A DNA stretch of 64,000 bases, taken from NCBI RefSeq assembly GCF_009914755.1, contig NC_060930.1; one strand, written 5' to 3'. Origin of the DNA: the human T2T-CHM13v2.0 reference genome, Homo sapiens. Below are positions 1 to 14,018 of the stretch, one piece after another; the stretch's first letter is position 1, and the number at the start of each line of letters is the position of its first letter. A program made the translations under genes and the position numbers. A model generated the notes under the pieces. That model saw only the letters and a list, made by a program, of their open reading frames with translations. It made no database searches and was not told the origin of the DNA.

Positions 1-404
1 GCTCGGCAGAAATAACCCAACTGGCAAGAGTCTTCTTTCCATTTGGATTATTTCTTATCTACCCTTTATTATTGTTGTAAATTAAACCTTTGCATCTAAA
101 CTCAGCACCACATAAAATATAGAGGACAGTATTTGCCCTGCCTTTCTGTAAAATGTTTTAGAATTAAAGATATAGAGATATCTGTATGTATATGGCCAAA
201 ACAACATACAGACTGATGAAAAATGTGTGAATTATGTGGCTGTTTACTCTTTTGTACTCACAGATTTTAATATAAAGATCCCCTTATTTGAATATATATA
301 GTATGAGAAGACAAATTTTGGTGAGGAAACTCCTTGGTGCTAAATACAACTTAAAAATGTAAACTCATTTTAAGAAATGTCAAATTTCTCACGGAGTCAA
401 TTGT

Positions 405-590
405 TACTATTTATTGTGTGCTTTCTCTGTTCCTGGCCCTATACTAAGTTTCTTACATGAACTAATGAAGAAGGTCCTAGTGTTATCCGCATTTCACAGA
501 TAAACAGAGTTAAAGAGAGACTGACTTGGACCAACAAAATCATGGGACCAATAAGTTCTACAGTTTGGATTTGTACTAAGGAATTCTGTT
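405..590 (-). mobile_element. MIR SINE relic
   Basis: ttatccgcatttcacagataaacagag...gactgacttggac...ggatttgtac resembles the reverse-complement MIR core; heavily diverged, ends approximate. Confidence 0.6.
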
Positions 591-1009
591 CTCTTAGAAT
601 GCATTGAACTCATAAAACATTCTAAGCTTTTGTATAAAAAGCAGTTTGGCCGTAGGAATAGAAAAATGCACTCAGCCAACCAATACTGCTTTACACTATA
701 CAGTTTTAATCTGAAAATACTTTATATTTAGACTTTAGTTACTGTATATGGTCAATGTATGTAATGTATATAAAATGGTATTAATATGTATAGATGGTAG
801 CTTATCACCTTTTAAGAAATGAAAATAAAATAAAATAAAACAAAACATAATAGCTAATGTGCAGGAATTCAGGAGCCATGGAGGTCAGCACAGGAGCAGC
901 AAACTGGTTTAAGTGGAGGGGTGGTTTACTGCTAGCATTGTGATCAGAATTTTGTCCCAGTGACCAGTCTCCTGAGGTTGAATGGATTGAGCTGGAAGGA
1001 GATAGCTGT

Positions 1010-1315
1010 CACTTAAGCACTCTCAAATGAGTCCACTCCTTTTCCTCCTTGCTATCACACCTTATTCCTGTGGTCTCTTACTTATTTCTGTAATTAAGTC
1101 AAAAGTCTCTTTTCTGGGCTCCCTTACTCTGGTTTTCTACATTTCTGTTCTTTAATTCACCAATCCATTCTCTACATTGCTGCTAGAATGTGTTCTATAC
1201 AATTCAAATCTGCTTCTCTCATTTTTCTATTTGAAATTCTTCAATTGCCTCTTAGTGCCTTCAGGATAAAACCCAAACTCCTTAGTCCGACATGCAAGGC
1301 CTTTCATGTTTGGTA
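1010..1315 (+). mobile_element. L2 LINE fragment
   Basis: caatccattctctacattgctgctagaatg...ttcaggataaaacccaaactccttag...caaggcctttcatg is typical of the L2 3' region. Confidence 0.7.
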
Positions 1316-1792
1316 GCTATAAATATCCAAGTTACAGACTCTGATGTGCAAAAATGTAACTTTCTTTATTTCAGTAACTCAATTTGACTTTCCAATTCTT
1401 AGAACTCAGTCTGCAAAATGGCAGACAATTTAATCTAGATATTTTCTAGATTTCTCTGTCTAATTTACCTGTTTTTAAGTCAGCTCAGGTTTAACATTCA
1501 ATCATAATCAGAATGTCTCCTATATGTATTTTCCCCACCCACATCAGTTAGTAGAATATTCAAGAGGCACCAGGGTGAGTGTGGTAGAGGGCACCTGTGT
1601 GTCAGTTGTAATCCGAATGGATTCCAGGCTGCCTTTGCTATAGCTAGTGACTCCACTCCCATCTTGGTTCCTGGAACTGGTGGCTAAACCTCCTTAGATC
1701 CCAACTGGAAACGAGTTACTCCACAATCTGCTGTGGAATGCCTTTATTTTGGCTGTGGTGACCTTTAGGAAGTCCCAGAAAGTCTTTATTTA

Positions 1793-1815
1793 TAAGGTTG
1801 GTGCAAAAGTAATTG
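1793..1815 (+). mobile_element. MADE1/Hsmar1 mariner terminal inverted repeat fragment (one end only)
   Basis: TA at 1791-1792 followed by taaggttggtgcaaaagtaattg, 22/23 identical to the Hsmar1 TIR start TTAGGTTGGTGCAAAAGTAATTG. Confidence 0.75.
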
Positions 1816-1817
1816 TT

Positions 1818-1859
1818 ACCTGCCCAAATGCTCATCAATCAACAAGTGGATAAACTGTC

Positions 1860-1896
<37 letters not shown>

Positions 1897-1937
1897 CACA
1901 CACACACACACACATACATATATATATATATGTATAC

Positions 1938-1982
<45 letters not shown>

Positions 1983-2068
1983 GGAATACTACTCAGCCAT
2001 AAAAAGGAATGTATTAATGGCATTCACAGCAACCTGGATTGGATTGAAGACTATTATTCTAAGTGAAG
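1818..2068 (+). mobile_element. L1PB-type fragment (ORF2 end/3'UTR start), truncated at both ends
   Basis: cccaaatgctcatcaatcaacaagtggataaa...atggaatactactcagccataaaaaggaatg...gactattattctaagtgaagt; ORF track shows MEYYSAIKRN. Confidence 0.85.
1860..1981. repeat. Compound (TA)n/(CA)n microsatellite inside the L1PB fragment
   Basis: Alternating tatata and cacaca blocks directly visible. Confidence 0.95.
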
Positions 2069-2260
2069 TTTTGAGTTGGAGATGCTGCTTGGATACAGCT
2101 AGTGAACCCACAAATGAATATTCCAGATTATCATTCTGTCACACATTCACCTCCCGCTTACTTTTTTTTTAGTTGGATTTGTTTTCATAATCTATCTTGC
2201 AATAAACACACACACACACACACATCACCTGGCTAACTTTTTTTTTTTTTTTTGAGACGA

Positions 2261-2457
2261 ACACCAGGGCCTGTTGTGGGGTGGTGGGAGGTGGGAGGGA
2301 TAGCATTAGGAGATATACCTAATGTAAATGATGAGTTAATGGGTGCATCACACCAACATGGCACATGTATACAAATGTAACAAAACTGCACATTGTGCAC
2401 ATGTACCCTAGAACTTAAAGTATAATAAAAAAATTAAAAAAGTAAAAAAAAAAGAAA
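2261..2457 (+). mobile_element. 5'-truncated L1PA (about PA4-PA5) 3' end with A-rich tail
   Basis: gggatagcattaggagatatacctaatgtaaatgatgagttaatgggtgc...gtaccctagaacttaaagtataataaaaaaa. Confidence 0.92.
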
Positions 2458-3891
2458 ATTTTTGATGTGGGTATATATGCACCTGAGTTAACATCTGAAC
2501 CTGGATTAAGAAGATGCTGGTATTGTTTACTAAATAGAAATTACAGGTAAAGTTTTAAGAGCTAGAATATGTTTGTTTTTAAATAATGTGAAATTAAATA
2601 AGGGTTACGTTTCCCTGTAGATTTTTTAAACAGTAGAGTTAATGAATCAAAAAGCATGACTTAGTATCAACACATGGATTCCATGCCAACTGGTAATCAA
2701 TCATATACCATATAGCAGTACTTTATTCTCTTGAGTAAGGACATTTTCACATTGCTTACCATTATTTTTTGCTAGGAAATTTCCTTTGAAAAGATCACAC
2801 TAGGTACACTTAAACCTAATTAAATAATAAAAATCTCAGAAGTAGTGGAATTTAATAAAAAAGTTGCCTAAATTGTGGTTCAAGTTACATATAAATGTAT
2901 GTACTGCATATTAAATATTTTCATCTGAACTTTTTAAATAACGGAAAATAGTTTTTTTCTACTTTCACCATTTTTCCCCACCCTGAACAATATGATTTTG
3001 TATGTATATTTGTTCTTTTTTCCACCAGGTACCATAAATGTATGGAGATGATGTCAATGAAATACTGAATTGGATATTAAGAAAGTGAATTTTTATACAA
3101 ATTAAGATATAATATACTGATGTGATTTTATGTGTATATTTTATTTATAAAACTTTTGTGTATTCTTATAATTGTGCTTTAGAATTTTTCTACTTTTAGT
3201 TGAATACATTCTTACACATTACTGTAGCTTTCTTATTCCCTTCCCCTACCTTATCCCACTTAAGTCAGCATTTTTTAAACCCTGACTCTTATGATAAAAT
3301 GACTAAGATTATCCCAGCCCAATTATTTTTATAATGCATGTAGTCTTCTGTTGATCTATTAAGTACTCTCAGACCCCACCAGAAAAATGCTGGACCTGGG
3401 CTTTGCCCTTACTGTGTAAAAGAGAAAGTAAAGGGCATGAGGAATAAGAAAGTTTCATCCTTCAATGATTAATTATTGTTATTCTCTAAAGGGATATGTC
3501 TTCTAGATATCATGAAACTTGAATATGTCACCTCTAGGATAGAGCTGATTTGATATAGGTTGAATTTTTAAAAGATATCAATAAATGGACCAATCCATGG
3601 GGATCTAAGAAGGAAAGAGGATGTATGAATGAGAAGTCAATAAAGACTGAAAAAATTCTCCTGAATATTACCTTATCAGGAAACCCTTACTCACAGGGCT
3701 TCTAATTTGCACTCCATAGCAATCCCTGACTCTCAACCCTTCTGACACTCGCTGTCCAGGTGAACCCATAGCCAAAGCCAAGGACATATCAACAATTTCG
3801 ACTTGGTCTCTGGTCTCACTGGTCAACAGGCAAGAGGTAAGAGGACTGAGCATTCCCAAATTCACATTATCTGGTGAAGGGGGAAAGAGGG

Positions 3892-4297
3892 TATATTAAG
3901 TGGTTCTTGCATTGCTATAAAGACATGCTTGAGGCTGGGTAATTTATAAATAAAAGAAGTTTAATTGGCTTAAGGTTCTGCAGGCTTTATAGGACACATG
4001 ATGGCATCTGCTTCTGTGGAGGCCTCAGGAAGTTTCCCCAGAAGTCAGAGTGGGAACAGTTGTCTCACATGGCAGGAGCAGAAATAGGGGTGTTGGGGGA
4101 GGATGCCAAACACTTTTAAAGGACCCGAGCTCTTGTGAACTCAGAGAGAGCTCACTTACCACCGAGGGGATGGCTCAAACCATTCATGAGGGATCCAGCC
4201 CCATGATCCAAACACCTCCCACCAAGCTCCACCTCCAGCATTGAGGATAACATTTCAACGTGAGATTTGAGTGGGGACAAATATCAAAACTATGTCA
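3892..4297 (-). mobile_element. MaLR solo LTR, MST family (MSTB-like)
   Basis: MST-type sequence ending ...ggggacaaatatcaaaactatgtca; perfect 5-bp TSD GAGGG at 3887-3891 and 4298-4302. Confidence 0.9.
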
Positions 4298-4944
4298 GAG
4301 GGAATGAAATTTTAAAATCTCCAGTGAGGGTTCATAAATAAAGTATTTAGTTATAATATTGCATGTGATTGCCTTCACGAATGCAAATGCTGTAAATCCT
4401 ATATACACATTGAGGATGCTTTAGCATGATAGTCTAGAAGATTTTTCCCATTGTAATCATTTTTCCCCTAGGGAGAAATATTTTATGAATTGTAAAAAAT
4501 GGATTTTAAAATTAATTGTAGTGAGAAAAACAAATTTATATATTGAAAACTGTCTATTGTATGTGTGTGTGTGTTGTGTATTGCTATACGTACATATATA
4601 TAAGATATATAAGCTTATGTATATTTAAATTGAAGATGACTTATGGACAAAATGAGGGCACGTTTGGATTCTGTAAGCATTCTACCTTCTAATTTACTAC
4701 TTCTTTTCTATACCTTGCAGACAGGCCTCTTGCCTGTATTTATAGAGGGCTCTGCTTCTACCAATAATCAAAGGATGATTTGAGGTCATAGACAAAAGAA
4801 TCACAGATAATTAAGTATAACACTTTATTGATTAGGACAGGGTCATGCTTCCATTTGTCTGAGAAGAGAAGATAGTACACATTGTGAATAGCCAGGGAGT
4901 TGCCATACACTTTGAGGACTTCTAGAGAGGATATAGTGGGTAGG

Positions 4945-5325
4945 TGTGGTGTTGGCTAATGATTGCCAGGTCAGGTCTCTTCTCTCTTCTTCCTGGGCAC
5001 ATGGCTGAACAGCCACCCTTGTGGCCAGTTGAACATGGGAAAAAGTGAATGTGTAACTTTTAGGTCACTTGTCTAAAAGGAAATCACTTTCCTTGGACTT
5101 CTTATGTTTTCTTTTCCCTTGATTTGGAACATAGAGGTGTCCACATTCAGCTTCAACTCTGCAAATGAGGACACAGTCCTGGGAATAGGGAGCCCACAAG
5201 ATGAAAAGAACTTGTCTGAACAAATTTATGGCCTGGAATTTCTACATACTTTTAAGCAAGATAAAAAATATGTATTATTCAATGTAAGGTGACTGTATTT
5301 TTTGATGTTTTGTGGCCAGTATCTT
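4945..5325 (+). mobile_element. Old MaLR LTR (MLT1H/I/J-like)
   Basis: ctcttcttcctgggcacatggct...agcccacaagatgaaaagaac... pattern of MLT1 LTRs; very diverged. Confidence 0.55.
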
Positions 5326-6199
5326 CACTAGTATAAACGGGCTCAGGATGAGTCCATCATGAAGAAGAAGAAAACCTCAGGGTTATGTGATTTTATGTGG
5401 TAGATATATCCCAGGCTTGGGTGTTTCAGATAAAAAGAAAATAGACCCAGCAAAAAACAGATAGGGCTATCTCCAGAAGAGATGAACATATTTAGAGAAA
5501 AGGTTGAAAGTCAAAGGAATGTGTAGAGCATAAAGGGGGGCTGGTAAGTAACTTTATGGTAAAGATGGGAGGAACTGATCTGAGGCCCTAGAATTCTACT
5601 CCTCAAACTTGAGTGTACAACAGAATCACTGGGAGAGCCTGCTAAAACAAACTTTCCTGTTAAAACTGGAAATTATTGCTTAGGCAGATTTTGAGCTGCT
5701 GACTTGTTTAATGGGCTGTTTCTGCCAACACCTCTGAAATTCATATTTCGGTATTTACAAGTGAACTTTTTCTACCATTCTTGGTCTGACAATCATATTA
5801 TATATCTTGGTCTCTAGAGTTTGACACTACTGCACTTTGTCAGTGTAATTTTAAAATTTCTTTAAAGATAATAACTTTTTAAATGATATCTGAACATATG
5901 TCCATGTGGAATATGCACTTATTAAATGCTTTCGAAAGTCTGTTATTTAATTAAAATTAATTTGTATTATAATTCAATAGAGAGGTTAAAAGTTATAACA
6001 CTCTGACAGTGAAAACCTGATGCCACAGGCTAATCATTGTTTTTCTTTTTAATAGCTACAATAGAATATGTACTTGGACTCAGGCTCAGAAATTACCAAA
6101 CTGTCATAACTGACCCAAAGATGCTTCCGTAAGTGTCTTCTTTTTGCAACCATGAAAACTCTATGTTCTTTTTGCTTATTCCCCATTTTACTTACATGA

Positions 6200-6400
6200 A
6201 AATTTATTGTACTTTGTTGATTATTTCAAAATTGTCCATCTTGCCTAATAGACTCCTAGAAACCATAAATAACAGATCATGTATGTTGTATTCATCATGA
6301 TATTCTCAATGCCTTACATAGTGCTTGGCTCACAGGAGGTCATACATTTGCTAAATGAATAAACTAATAGATGAATGAATGAGGAATAAATGAATGAGTA
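6200..6400 (+). mobile_element. L2 3' terminus
   Basis: acatagtgcttggctcacaggagg followed by a degenerate (TGAA)n tail. Confidence 0.65.
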
Positions 6401-8107
6401 GGGAATTAACTAATATTGAGCATATATACATTTGTGTGTTACATATGTATGTATATTACATGCGTATATGTACACACACATACCACCTTGGACAGCACTG
6501 TTTCTTATAAATTTTACAGTGTTTTAACTGAAATTAGAAATTTCATTTCCCTATTAACATATATATGATTATATATATCATATATATCCACACACACACA
6601 CACACATGTATGGACAATTATAATCTTAGTTCATACCTCCTTTGCCCAATTACCATTGCTAAGTAGTTCTATTTCTTTATATCCAGTTACTTATAAGGTT
6701 TACATAACCATTAGCTCTTTTAGTCTTGCAAGCTTGGGACACTTATTTGCAGTGTTTTGACCCTGCTGAAAGATTTTTCTGTTGGTTTTTGTCCTTGAAT
6801 GAGACTATTTGGAATATGTCCTTTTGCCTTTTAGTTTTGGTTAAGCATGAATCTATTCTTTTGTAGTTATTTTTGCCTTTTTTTGGTTATAATAATGTTT
6901 CAGAAGCTTCTGTTCTTTTTCAAAAACCATTTGATCATGAGGGAATTGGAATGTTACATTTCAAAAATTGAATACCTCATCTTGAGGAATGAAAAGCTTT
7001 GAAAGGGAGGTATCCAATGTCCTTGCATTTAGACTAGAGCTGAGTCTGAGCTGACTTGAAAGCTGAGACATCAAAAGTATACAATTTAGCTCAGTTTTCT
7101 CAAACTAATCTTCAAGATACCTAAAATGCAAGCTTTGCTCATCTGCCTCCTTTCAGTTCCAACATCTTGTTCAATTTCTGAAACACAAGAACAAAGGTTT
7201 TATGGGAAATTGTTAGTTAATTGAACCATGCTTATTGTAAGAATGAAGGGACAAACAAATGGTAACAAAATTTGTGACAATTTTAGCATTTTTAACTTCT
7301 TTATCTGTAAATTTAAGTAATTTATATTCAATATACGTTTTCTTTGATTTATCGGATACTTAGTATGTTTAATTTTTTTTACCCAACATATACTAGACAA
7401 TCTGATGGCTTACAAGAATGTTTAAATAATTATTTACACATCTAACCTTTTTTATTTTAATTGACAACAGAGTATTTACAGAACTTTGTTCAAGAAATCT
7501 AATATACTATGTTTTTACATCTTACCTCTCTTTTGTTTTTAGTATAAAGGTTTTCCAGTATGAATGTATAATTGCATGCCCTTTTTTCTAAAACAAAAAT
7601 AAATTTCCACTGGGTAAATGATATATGTTCATTGTAAAATTGGCCTGAAAAAAAATTAATGTATTTCTTTAACAAAAACATGTTTATATTAATAGTACTG
7701 TTTAATCTTTTTTTCCAATCAGAATGGTCACTTTTATGTTTTTTTTAAATCAACTTTTCAGATCTTCCTCTGAACTTTATTTTTTTCTGAATATCAGAAA
7801 TAACTCTTTCCTTTTTCATTAAGTTAAAGTTTAATCATTCTCGGAAATGACACTGAAGTTTCTGATTTTATGGGAACCATCTTTAGACGCTGTCATAATT
7901 TTCAGTTGGGTATATTGTTTATACCACTTTTTCCCACCTTTTAAACAGCAGATATTTTTAAGCAACTGCTATTTTCTAGTGAAGTTATAACTACTTTCAA
8001 GCGATTCTTATAACTTGCCAGCAAAATATATGTACATACAATTACAAAAGTATAGATTTTATTTTAAAAAATGAAAGCATTAAAATCACACAAATGGATT
8101 ACTTTTA

Positions 8108-8755
<648 letters not shown>

Positions 8756-8759
8756 TCTA

Positions 8760-9082
8760 TCGTGGAAAGGGCAGCAGTTTGTCCTCACTAGAGTGGACAC
8801 TTCAGATATGGGTTTGGCTATCCTGCAAACAATGCTTCTGCCAAGGCTACCATCCATGGATTCATGGAATGCCTTATCCACTGTCACAGTATTGCATACA
8901 GCATTGCCTCTGACCAAGGCACTCACTTCACAGTTAACGAAGTGTGGCAGTGGGCTCATGCTCAAAAAATTCACTTGTCTTACTATGTTCCCCAACATCC
9001 CGAAGTAGCTGGATTAATAGAATGGTGGAATGGCCTTTTGAAGTCACAATTACAATGCCAACTAAGTGACAATACTTTGTAG
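8760..9082 (+). pseudogene. HERV-L integrase core remnant
   Basis: ORF 8864-9082 reads SIASDQGTHF...HPEVAGLIEWWNGLLK, giving the second D and the E of the DDE motif; upstream WKGQQFVLTRVDT lies in another frame. Confidence 0.88.
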
Positions 9083-9269
9083 GGCTGGGACAAAGTTCTC
9101 CAGAAGGCTGTGTATGCTCTGAATCAGCATCCTATATACGGTGCTGTTTTTCCCATAGCCAGGATTCATGAGTCCAGGAATCAAGGGATAGAAGAGGAAG
9201 TGGCACCACCCACCATCACCCCTAGTGACCCACTAGCAAAATTTTTGCCTCCTGTTCCCACAACATTAT

Positions 9270-9600
9270 ATTCTGCTGGCCTAGAGGTTTTAATTCCAGA
9301 GGGAGGAATGCTACTATCAGGAAATACAACGATTCCATTAAACTGGATGTTAAGATTGCCACATGGCCACTTTGGGCTCCTCCTACCTTTAAGTCAACAG
9401 GCTAAGAAGGGAGTTACAGTGTTGGCTGGGGTTATGGACCCGGACTATCAAGATTAAATCAGTCTACTACTCCACAATGGAGGTAAAGAAGAGGGAATTC
9501 AGGAGATCCCTTAGGGCGTCTCTTAGTATTACCATGCCCTGTGATTAAGGTCAATGGGAAACTATGACAACCCAAATCCAGGCAGGACTGCAAATGGCCC
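9270..9600 (+). pseudogene. HERV-L dUTPase remnant
   Basis: ORF 9110-9457 ends AGLEVL...LRLPHGHFGLL...GVTVLAGVMDPDYQ, matching dUTPase motifs; the post-integrase position is characteristic of ERV-L. Confidence 0.85.
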
Positions 9601-10063
9601 AGACCTTCAGGAATGAAGGTTTGGGTCATGCCAGCAGGTAAAAACCCACTACCTGCTGAGGTTCTTGCTGAAGGCAGAGGGAATACAGAATGGGTAGTAG
9701 AAGAAAGTAGTTATCAATACCAGTTATGACCACATGATCAGTTGCAGAAGCAGGGACTGTAATTGTCATGGGTACTTCCTCCTTATTTTATTAAGAATAT
9801 GTTTGTGCATGTATACACTTGTACTAAGAAAATATCTTCATTTTATTTATTTTCTTTTTCCTTTATCATGTGACATAAAATTTATTGACTTCATATCAGC
9901 ATTTAAATGTTAACTTTATGTAATAGCATTTAGGTTAAGGATTGGTGCACTTACGGTTGTACAAAGGATAGCCATATTATGTTAAGCAAAATTATGATCT
10001 TATTGTCTTGAAGATTGTGATTTTGTGAGAAGTGTGTGGGTTCAAGTTGACAAGAGGTAGACT

Positions 10064-10939
<876 letters not shown>

Positions 10940-11059
10940 GTGACCTAGAGTTAGGGAATAATGTAGACTAGCATGCTTCAGTAACATTCAGAGATTTCAG
11001 TAGGTCATTTTGGTGCAGTGTAGTGGAGTCCAAGTAGAGTGACAATCTTACTGAGCTGT

Positions 11060-11485
11060 AAGTGGCAGATATTGCAATTCAAGGCTGCTGAAATGATAGA
11101 GATTTGCTGGGTGGTGGTACCAGGGAAGTGAAAGCTTTGTGTCTGGATTGGGAGTGAAGTCAGTTGTCTTTGTACATGTTCACTACTTTACTATGGGTTT
11201 TTGCCCAAGTGCTGGGTACTCATGAACAGGAGAAACTTCCTGGGCCTTAGCAGAGAGCAGATCCTTCAGGCATGAGAGCTGAACATAGCTACCAAATGTT
11301 GAGAAATGCTGGGAGGTATGGGAGCTCTGGCCTAGTTGGAGTGGAAAGACCTCACTGAAGATTCAGGCGTTTGGTTGAGACTTCAAGAAGGCCTAGCCTT
11401 GGAGGTAAGGAGCATGTCCTAGAGTAGCAGCCACACTGTAAGAGTAAGAACCAAACATAACCAGAACTACTCTAACAAAGAATAA
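11060..11485 (+). mobile_element. Possible old L1M 5'-region fragment
   Basis: Loose resemblance to L1MC/MD 5' sequence (cctagagtag...actactctaacaaag); weak. Confidence 0.3.
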
Positions 11486-11489
11486 ATTC

Positions 11490-11786
11490 ATGCAATTCAG
11501 GTTTCCAGGATTCTTCCATCTGTGTCTCTTTCTTTAATGCCTGACTGTCAAGGTAAGCATGCTTGTCTGGATCAAGCAGCTGGAAGGGGAAAAATAGGAG
11601 GATCACACCTGGGAGATTTTTAAGAGCCAGGTGTAGAAGTCTACATTATTTCCGTTCATGTTTCATTACCTAGAACTCAGGCACAAGCCCATGCCAACTC
11701 CATGGGAAACTGGGAAATGTGGTTTGGCTCTAAGGCTGTAAGAAATGGAATTAAATTTGGTGTGTAATTAGCCAATCTCTGAAACA
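11490..11786 (-). mobile_element. Old MaLR LTR (MLT1J/K-like)
   Basis: ctagaactcaggcacaagccc...ctgggaaatgtggt...agccaatctctgaaaca matches the reverse-complement MLT1 5' end. Confidence 0.65.
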
Positions 11787-13211
11787 TTTACAATGCACAC
11801 TGAAGTGGGGAGGGCCGGTGAGGAAGAGAGAGGAGCTGGAAAGCTTCCACTGTTGTGAAAACAAAGTTCATTTCAAATCTTCATCTGTTTCTACATCTGG
11901 GAAAGGACACATCCTGCTCAAGAATAACTGTTCAACACTTTCCCTACCATCATCAGGGAGAAAATTTCTAAGATTGTATGAACTTACATCAAGTGATCTT
12001 ACTCTGGACATTGCTGCACTGGCTCCAGAAAGTTCATTTTCATGGAGCCAGGATCCAGCTGCATTGGTTTAGGATTGCTGCAAGTCCACATAGATGTAGC
12101 TAAGAGGGGCTCCTGTAGGCTCTCAGTGCCTGCTATCAGCAAGAGGTGGCTGAGAACCTGAAACTTTGCCTTTTCTTTGAGTACAAATAAGTGCCTAAAG
12201 TCCTTACTCATCCAAGCACACAATAAATCATACATAGAAACTCCACATACTTAATGGCCAGATATGTGTGATCACTGAGAGTTTGGTTTATGGATTTATA
12301 TGAATGATTCAAAATAAATAATATGCATATCTGTGGGCAATAAATGTAAAAAAATTATGAAACATCAATAGATTTTCAAAAATTATCAGATACATTTATT
12401 GCTAAACAACTTGATATACCTTCTCTTCTGCTTTGTTCAGCCTGGCACAGGAATAAGGTAGGGAATGGTAAATAAGAGGAAGAGAGAAAGAAGATCTAGA
12501 AGATGGAAGTCAAAATGTCACAGCAGGCAGTGTAAAGGGCAGAAACAACCATTCTAGGTAAGCTCACAAAAATCTTCCTTTTGTCTTTATTAATGGCAAT
12601 GATCCCATTTGTGTGGAACACTAGAGTGCATTTAGATTAAGTGTTCTCTTCAGCTTGATTCCTAAGCTCATCAAGATCCTAAGAGCAGAGAACTGAACGA
12701 TGCTGGGGAGCTTATCCTGAGCTTTGAAGAGATTATCCCCCAAGTTCCCTGGCAGGCCTGCAGAAGGTGACCTGCCTGTTATCTCAGAACACTCCATACA
12801 GCAGAGATCATCAACACCATTATGGCCCTTACCGCCTGTAAATGCCTTAAGCAGCTTTAGATAGAAGATATATGGCATAGGCCTGCAGCAGAAAATTTCA
12901 TCACCATGATTTCTCTGCTGGGCCCTTGTTTAGAAACATTGCTCACATCTTTGGGTTTGACGGGAAAACAGCAGCTGTTTTCTGATCATTTGGCCATCTG
13001 TTCTTTATTGCTTATATTATTAACATTTACAAGGGATAATTAGTATTTTAAAGTGACTAAGATGATTGATCAAGAAACACCCAACTATCTTTTACCATGA
13101 TGCCTGGCTTAAAAATGTCAAAGGTAGCAGCAGTTATTTAATATATTAGCTCACTCTGAAATTGCAATATAGTCCACCTGATAAAATTCTCTCACTTTAA
13201 TAATCAAGAAG

Positions 13212-13212
<1 letters not shown>

Positions 13213-13247
<35 letters not shown>

Positions 13248-13310
13248 TATATCATATATATATCATATATATCTCATATATCATATATGAGATATATATG
13301 ATATATATAT
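13213..13310. repeat. (TA)n microsatellite with an AT-rich palindrome
   Basis: About 15 TA units, then 28-bp inverted arms at 13254-13281 and 13283-13310. Confidence 0.95.
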
Positions 13311-13769
13311 AAAGTTCACTCTATTTAGTCCAATTTAATTTCTTCATGGTAAGTCCACATAAAGTATCTCTGACTGTTCCAGTCTATAACAACCTCTTTA
13401 TCACTAAAAAGGTATTTTGAAATCCACCTAATATGTTAAAATGTATTATGATTATTTTATTTTACTTGTTTTTATATTCATTCTTAGCTCATTTTATGAG
13501 TTTAATGTCTTAATGATGTGCTTCTGTAAGGCTAGGAATGTATCTTATAATTTTACCCACTCACATCATCACATCATTAAAATATTGAGTAGTGGCTTGC
13601 CCTGAGTAGATATATTCTAAATTTGTAAGAACAGACAACTGTAGCATGGGCCAATTCTAAATAATGAAATGATGGCAGAGATTCTACTCTTGGATTTGAA
13701 GGGTGTAAATTGTTAAAATTGCTAGTTTATATAACTAGCAGTTATTGAAAGTCTACCAGGTACAGTCAT

Positions 13770-14000
13770 CTTGCCTGAATTACCATAATACCCCTCAACT
13801 TCTCTTTGTGCCTTCAGCCTTTTCTTCTCCAATTCATTCTCCACACCACACCTAGAGTGAGTAATCCTTCTATAATGCCAATTCATTCATGTTTTTGCCC
13901 TGAGTATAATAATCTTCCAGTAGTTCCCCATTTATTTCAAGATAAAGTGAAACTTCTTGGCATGACATTCAAAGTTTATGATGATCTGGCTCCTGTAGGT
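13770..14000 (+). mobile_element. L2 fragment
   Basis: attcattctccacaccacacctagagtga...gataaagtgaaacttcttggcatgacattcaaag...atgatctggctcctg. Confidence 0.7.
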
Positions 14001-14018
14001 CCCCCTGCCCATGCCATA

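Noticed and set aside
3005-3090. Acceptor ttttttccaccag followed by a short ORF MYGDDVNEILNWILRK
   Set aside because: Stops in all frames from the acceptor and only a weak donor; insufficient support
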